Assembly (NCBI GenBank): GCA_964016885.1
Contig: OZ024746.1
Location: 93,558,001 to 93,622,000, forward strand
Length of the DNA: 64,000 nt
DNA from: Eledone cirrhosa
Taxonomy: Eukaryota
Direction: 5' to 3'
In this document: in pieces, positions 58,830-64,000 of the stretch
Layout: each line of letters opens with the position of its first letter
Position numbering within the stretch: position 1 is the first letter of the stretch
Translations under genes and position numbers: made by a program
The notes under the pieces: generated by a model
What the model saw: the letters and a program-made list of their open reading frames with translations, nothing else
The model's database searches: none
What the model was told of the DNA's origin: nothing

Positions 58830-59420
58830 GCCGAACTCCCACTGTCATTGCCCCCATCTCTCTCCCGCCCCTCCCCATCACTCTGTATGGTGAGCAGATG
58901 GGGTCCCACGTGCTGGCCTCCCTACAGCCCTTACAGCCCCGGAGGATGGTAAGGGAGATGCGCTGGAAGAACCATTCCATCTCGCGAGGCTCACACCTGC
59001 GGCTGGCCAGCTCAGCGCCTATGGTGGTGAGTAGGGAGGTAGCCCTAGGGCCAAGGACACCAGAAGTCTCCACTGCCAAGGGCACGATCGCAAACCTGTC
59101 GGAGAGTGACCGGTACTTGGAGAGTTGCCCGCCTGGGTTAGCCGCAGACTGCATCAGGTTGCGGCTGCAGAAAGTGTCGCTGCAAGTGGCATCCTAGACG
59201 AGGAGTTTTCCACCGCGGAACGGGAAGATGGTCATACCGTCTGGCCTTTTGCCGTCCCCTCGGCCCAGCCCCACCGACTCGAGCTGAGAGAGGAAGCCTA
59301 GATCATCCAAGCCATGCTTTATGACCGCATTGAGGGCAGCATGGCGTTGAAGGCGGCCGGCACTGTAGCGATAGGAAAGCGGGCGGAGGCTGACAGAGTC
59401 CACGGTGGATCCGCAGCGAC
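58830..59420 (-). pseudogene. CRE-clade restriction-like endonuclease C-terminus
   Basis: RHAALN, DGKRPDGMT, KY..L..F..VPLAVETSGVLG, FFQRIS; shorter 3' fragments at ~12759-12990(+), 37120-37410(+) and 46845-47130(-). Confidence 0.85.
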
Positions 59421-60776
59421 ATTTGTAATATAGAAAATTAATTGTCGCAGAAATGCTACCACTTAAAATAAAATTTCGCCGGAGATAGATTAGCAAAATT
59501 TAATGAGCGAGGTGGGCGGGTGAATAAGTGGGACGGTGGGGAGTTTGAAAAATTAACAAGAGAATTCGAGACCCGAAAGTATATATATTCCAGGAAGTGA
59601 ATTGTTCTCTAATGCTTCGACTAGTAAATTTGTTAAAGATTCCCCAACAATGGCTGTGCCCCAGCATGGCCGCAGCCGGATGGCTGGAACAGGTAAAAGA
59701 GTAAAAGAGTAAGGGATGAGCATATCCGAAGTTCTATCCCATCCTTGCGGAAATAATTGTTTCTACTTTTGTCACAAGGCCAGCAATTACCCAGTGTATT
59801 ACTGGTACTTTATTTTATCGACCCCGTAAGGATGAAAGGCAAAGTTAACCTGTGATTGGAAATTAATGTTATCATAAACGATAGGAAATAGTTACCATAA
59901 TTATTTTGGATTAACTGTGGGGGTCAAGACTTATTTCATGCGACCGACAGTTTCTATGGTGACGCTGGGGTTTATGAATTTATTCAAAAAAGCAATCAAG
60001 TTGGGGATATAAACCCCTAGAGACGCAAAAATTAGACAGAGCTGCCTGTGGGAATCAAATTTACATCTGTGTGTGCTGGACAACCGTATTACCATTACTC
60101 CAAAGCTTTATCCATTGTCCAGGAGATTTAACCCTTTAGCATTTACATTACTCTATATATACTATTGTATTTTCATGTTAAAGACTTTCTTACATAATTA
60201 TCTCACATAATATTGAATCTATGAGATTTTGATATTCATTTTGAGAACAATATCTCAACATGGCCGAGTTTGAACAGAAGAGGCGAGAGAATTCTGGTCG
60301 AATATGGCCGGTTAAAATGCTAAAGGGTTAAAGAAATAAACAATCGTTTTACGGCGTGTTGAGGGAATTTGAATCTTGAAAGTATGTACTCTCGGGTCTT
60401 GAATAATTGTCCTCCTCTTCGTTTATTAATTTTTGCTAATTCATCTCCGGCGAAATAATATTGCAAGTGATTCATATCGATACAGCAGCTGGAGAATCTA
60501 AAAATTGGTTCTACTTTTGGCACAAGGCCAGCAATTACCCCAGTGCATTACTGGTACTTTATTTTATCTACCCCGTAAGGCTGAAAGGTGAAGTTAACCT
60601 CAGCGGCATTTGAACTCAGAACGCAAAGGGTCATAACTCTATGCTGCAAAGCATGGTGTCTGACGCTCTACCGATTCTGCCAAACCAATTTTATTTTACA
60701 TTAAAAAATACATAGCAAAAAAAATAACATTACAAGAAATCCCATATTTACGAATGTACACTGTACAATTACCGTA

Positions 60777-62025
60777 GTGGTGGTGGTGGTGGTGGTGGTA
60801 GATGTGGTGGTGGTGGTGGTGGTGGTGTTAGGGGTGGTGGTGGTGTTGGTGGTGGTGGTGGTGGTGGTGTTAGAGGTGGTGGTGGTGGTGGTGGTGGTGG
60901 TGTTAGGGGTGGTGGTGGTGTTGGTGGTGGTGGTGGTGGTGGTGTTAGAGGTGGTGGTGGTGGTGTTAGTGGTGGTGGTGGTGTTAGAGGTGGTGGTGGT
61001 GGTGGTGGTGGTGGTGTTAGAGGTGGTGGTGGTGTTGGTGGTGGTGGTGGTGGTGGTGGTGGTGGTGGTGGTGGTGGTGGTGGTGGTGGTGGTGGTGGTG
61101 GTGGTGGTGGTGGTGGTGGTGGTGGTGTTAGAGGTGGTGGTGGTGTTGGTGGTGGTGGTGGTGGTGGTGGTGTTAGAGGTGGTGGTGGTGTTAGAGGTGG
61201 TGGTGGTGGTGGTGTTAGTGGTGGTGGTGGTGTTAGAGGTGGTGGTGGTGGTGGTGTTAGTGGTGGTGGTGGTGTTAGAGGTGGTGGTGGTGGTGGTAGA
61301 GGTGGTGGTGGTGGTGGTGGTGGTGGTGGTGGTGGTGGTGTTAGAGGTGGTGGTGGTGTTGGTGGTGGTGGTGGTGTTAGAGGTGGTGGTGGTGGTGTTA
61401 GTGGTGGTGGTGGTGTTAGAGGTGGTGGTGGTGGTGGTGGTGGTGGTGGTGTTAGAGGTGGTGGTGGTATTAGAGGTGGTGGTGGTGGTGGTGGTGGTAG
61501 AGGTGGTGGTGGTGGTGGTGGTGGTGGTGTTAGAGGTGGTGGTGGTGGTGGTGTTAGTGGTGGTGGTGGTGGTGGTGGTGGTGGTGGTAGTGGTGGTGGT
61601 GGTGTTAGAGGTGGTGGTGGTGGTGGTGGTGTTAGAGGTGGTGGTGGTATTAGAGGTGGTGGTGGTGGTGGTGGTGGTGGTAGAGGTGGTGGTGGTGGTG
61701 GTGTTAGAGGTGGTGGTGGTGTTAGAGGTGGTGGTGGTGGTGGTGGTGTTAGTGGTGGTGGTGGTGGTGGTGGTGGTGGTAGTGGTGGTGGTGGTGTTAG
61801 AGGTGGTGGTGGTGGTGTTAGAGGTGGTGGTGGTATTAGAGGTGGTGGTGGTGGTGGTGTTAGAGGTGGTGGTGGTGGTAGAGGTGGTGGTGGTGGTGGT
61901 GGTGGTGTTGGTGGTGGTGGTGTTAGAGGTGGTGGTTTTAGAGGTGGTGGTGGTGGTGGTGTTAGAAGTGGTGGTGGTGGTGGTGGTAGAGGTGGTGGTG
62001 GTGTTAGAAGTGGTGGTGGTGGTGG
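60777..62025. repeat. (GGT)n microsatellite punctuated by gttagag/gttaggg
   Basis: Direct reading; explains the poly-Val ORF. Confidence 0.95.
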
Positions 62026-62313
62026 AGCGGATGATAGTGATAGTGGTGAGGGAGGATGGTAATGGTGATGATGGTAGTATTGATGGTGACAGAGAAAGAA
62101 AGCGATAAGGAGATAAAGAGAGAGAGGGTGCTATAGATTGTTCTGCCGTTCAATGCTATCTCTCTACACCATTGCAATATAATACACTCATATCAGCTAC
62201 TTTCTCACGCTCCCTAAGACCACCTCGATGGATTCTTATCTATCCTTGTATTTCACCTGGCTGCACTTGTTGATGTTGTTGTTGTTGTTGTTGACGTTTC
62301 CACTTGGCAGCAA

Positions 62314-62408
<95 letters not shown>

Positions 62409-62443
62409 ATACTGATGCTGATACTGATGCTGATACTAGTAAC

Positions 62444-62493
62444 GCATTCCTGATGATTTCTCCCGAATGAAACAGTTCTAGTCCTGTAGAAGC
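62444..62493 (+). ncRNA. Type I hammerhead ribozyme
   Basis: gcattc-CTGATGA-tttc(tccc)gaat-GAAA-cag(ttctagtc)ctg-TA-gaagc; truncated relative on the minus strand at ~38390-38545. Confidence 0.65.
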
Positions 62494-62578
62494 CATTTCT
62501 ATATTAAATATTTATACTCTGCTACCTTACTTATTGTAGTTAACCCCGATTGAACCTGGGATAAACATATATATATAA

Positions 62579-62657
<79 letters not shown>

Positions 62658-62871
62658 AGAAGTTATATTTAATTTGTTGGGATGCAACAAGTAAATATTT
62701 TTATAACTGATATAAAGCACTCAACAAATTATTGGAGTAAAACTACAATATATTAACAAATGGAAACTATATTTATAAAACCATATTTATTTTATTATAC
62801 ATTTGGTGTCCTTGAAATATATATAATGAAATAAATATGGTTTTATAAATATAGTTTCCATTTGTTAATAT

Positions 62872-62939
<68 letters not shown>

Positions 62940-62995
62940 AGAAGGTAGTACAGCATAATCGAGGCTCTGGTTGCGGGCAAGCTAACGAATGAAAT

Positions 62996-63050
<55 letters not shown>

Positions 63051-63054
<4 letters not shown>

Positions 63055-63260
63055 AATAATAATAAATTTGAAGACTAAAATCCAAAGAGGGCTCGATAAG
63101 GATAAATATATATCAAATATATAAGAACCGTAGAGCAAATATTTATTAAAATAACAGATTAAAGTTTAAGCAAAGAATCGCTGCTTTCACCCTTAACGGG
63201 ATCTTTCAGAAGGGTGAAAGCAGCGATTCTTTACTTAAACTTTAATCTGTTATTTTAATA
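63051..63260. mobile_element. Foldback element in (TA)n; relatives at 52358-52560 and 40320-40370
   Basis: Arms ~63144-63195 and 63209-63260; shared gtgaaagc..ttgcttaaactttaatctgt. Confidence 0.6.
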
Positions 63261-63287
63261 TATATATATATATACGTATGTGTGTGA

Positions 63288-63318
<31 letters not shown>

Positions 63319-64000
63319 CGTATATACCTCTCAAGTGTTGGCTGGGCGCAAGGTATGTGTGCCGGGCTGATGATAATTCTGTCGCTGTTGTTACTGCTGT
63401 TGTCATTATCTTCTACAAGGTACTGACCCCCACATGTTTGTAGTTTATTAACCTATACAGGAGAATGTGGGTTGTGTGTATGGTAAAGAGACGTAGTTGT
63501 AGTAGTGTTGGTGTTGATGAGCTATAGAGAGGAGGTTGCGCAGTCGGGTAGATAGTTGAGTGGTTTTACTGGGGAGGGGTACCTCTTAGAAACCAGATGT
63601 TATAGCAATGGCCTTCTTAAACCCTTTTGCCACCCTTTCATTTTGCTCTTCGCCCCCCCCCCCCCCTCTTTCATCTTTTTTTTTCTCTTTAATTCACTCC
63701 CAGGTCTTGAATAACCCCACCCCCACCTACCGCTTATTAATTTTTCAGATTTTTTCCACCACCCCCGATTTTATTCTAGCCCAGCCCACACTTATTAAAT
63801 TTTACTAATCATTTTATTGCAAGTGAATCATATTGATACAGCAGCTGGAGAATCTAATAATTATTTTATTTTACATTAAAAATAAACAACAACATTATGT
63901 ATAACAAGGTGGGGGGTGGATTGGCAGTATCGGTAGAAGGTCGGACACCATGCTTTGCAGCAAAGAGTTACGGCCCTTTATGGTCTGTGTTCAAATCCCG

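Noticed and set aside
60777-62108. 443-aa poly-Val ORF
   Set aside because: (GGT)n repeat with no coding evidence

Overview
AT-rich, repeat-dominated eukaryotic DNA with no recognisable host exon. The SINE types and the microsatellite load look cephalopod (octopus-like); this is an inference. It holds decayed LINEs (Tx1/L1, CRE, RTE), a mariner, Helitron and piggyBac-like MITE pieces, tRNA-derived SINEs and extensive (TA)n/(CA)n/(GGT)n tracts, which explain nearly all of the listed ORFs. The main hidden signal, read by eye, is a dense population of short (about 150-450 bp) elements inserted in (TA)n tracts between ~27 and 63 kb. They belong to roughly 10 or more sequence families. Together they carry about 18 complete or near-complete type-I hammerhead ribozyme motifs (CUGANGA...GAAA...UH with pairing stems), plus decayed and half copies. 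Variants include a U3-A8 covariant core, palindromic loop-III sequences and stem-II expansions of 60-100 nt. Many copies are foldbacks whose inversion point lies inside the ribozyme. One copy (52.7-53.4 kb) is still attached to the C-terminus of a Penelope-type GIY-YIG endonuclease, which points to Penelope-like retroelement termini or retrozyme-like derivatives. All folds and coordinates were derived manually and are approximate.
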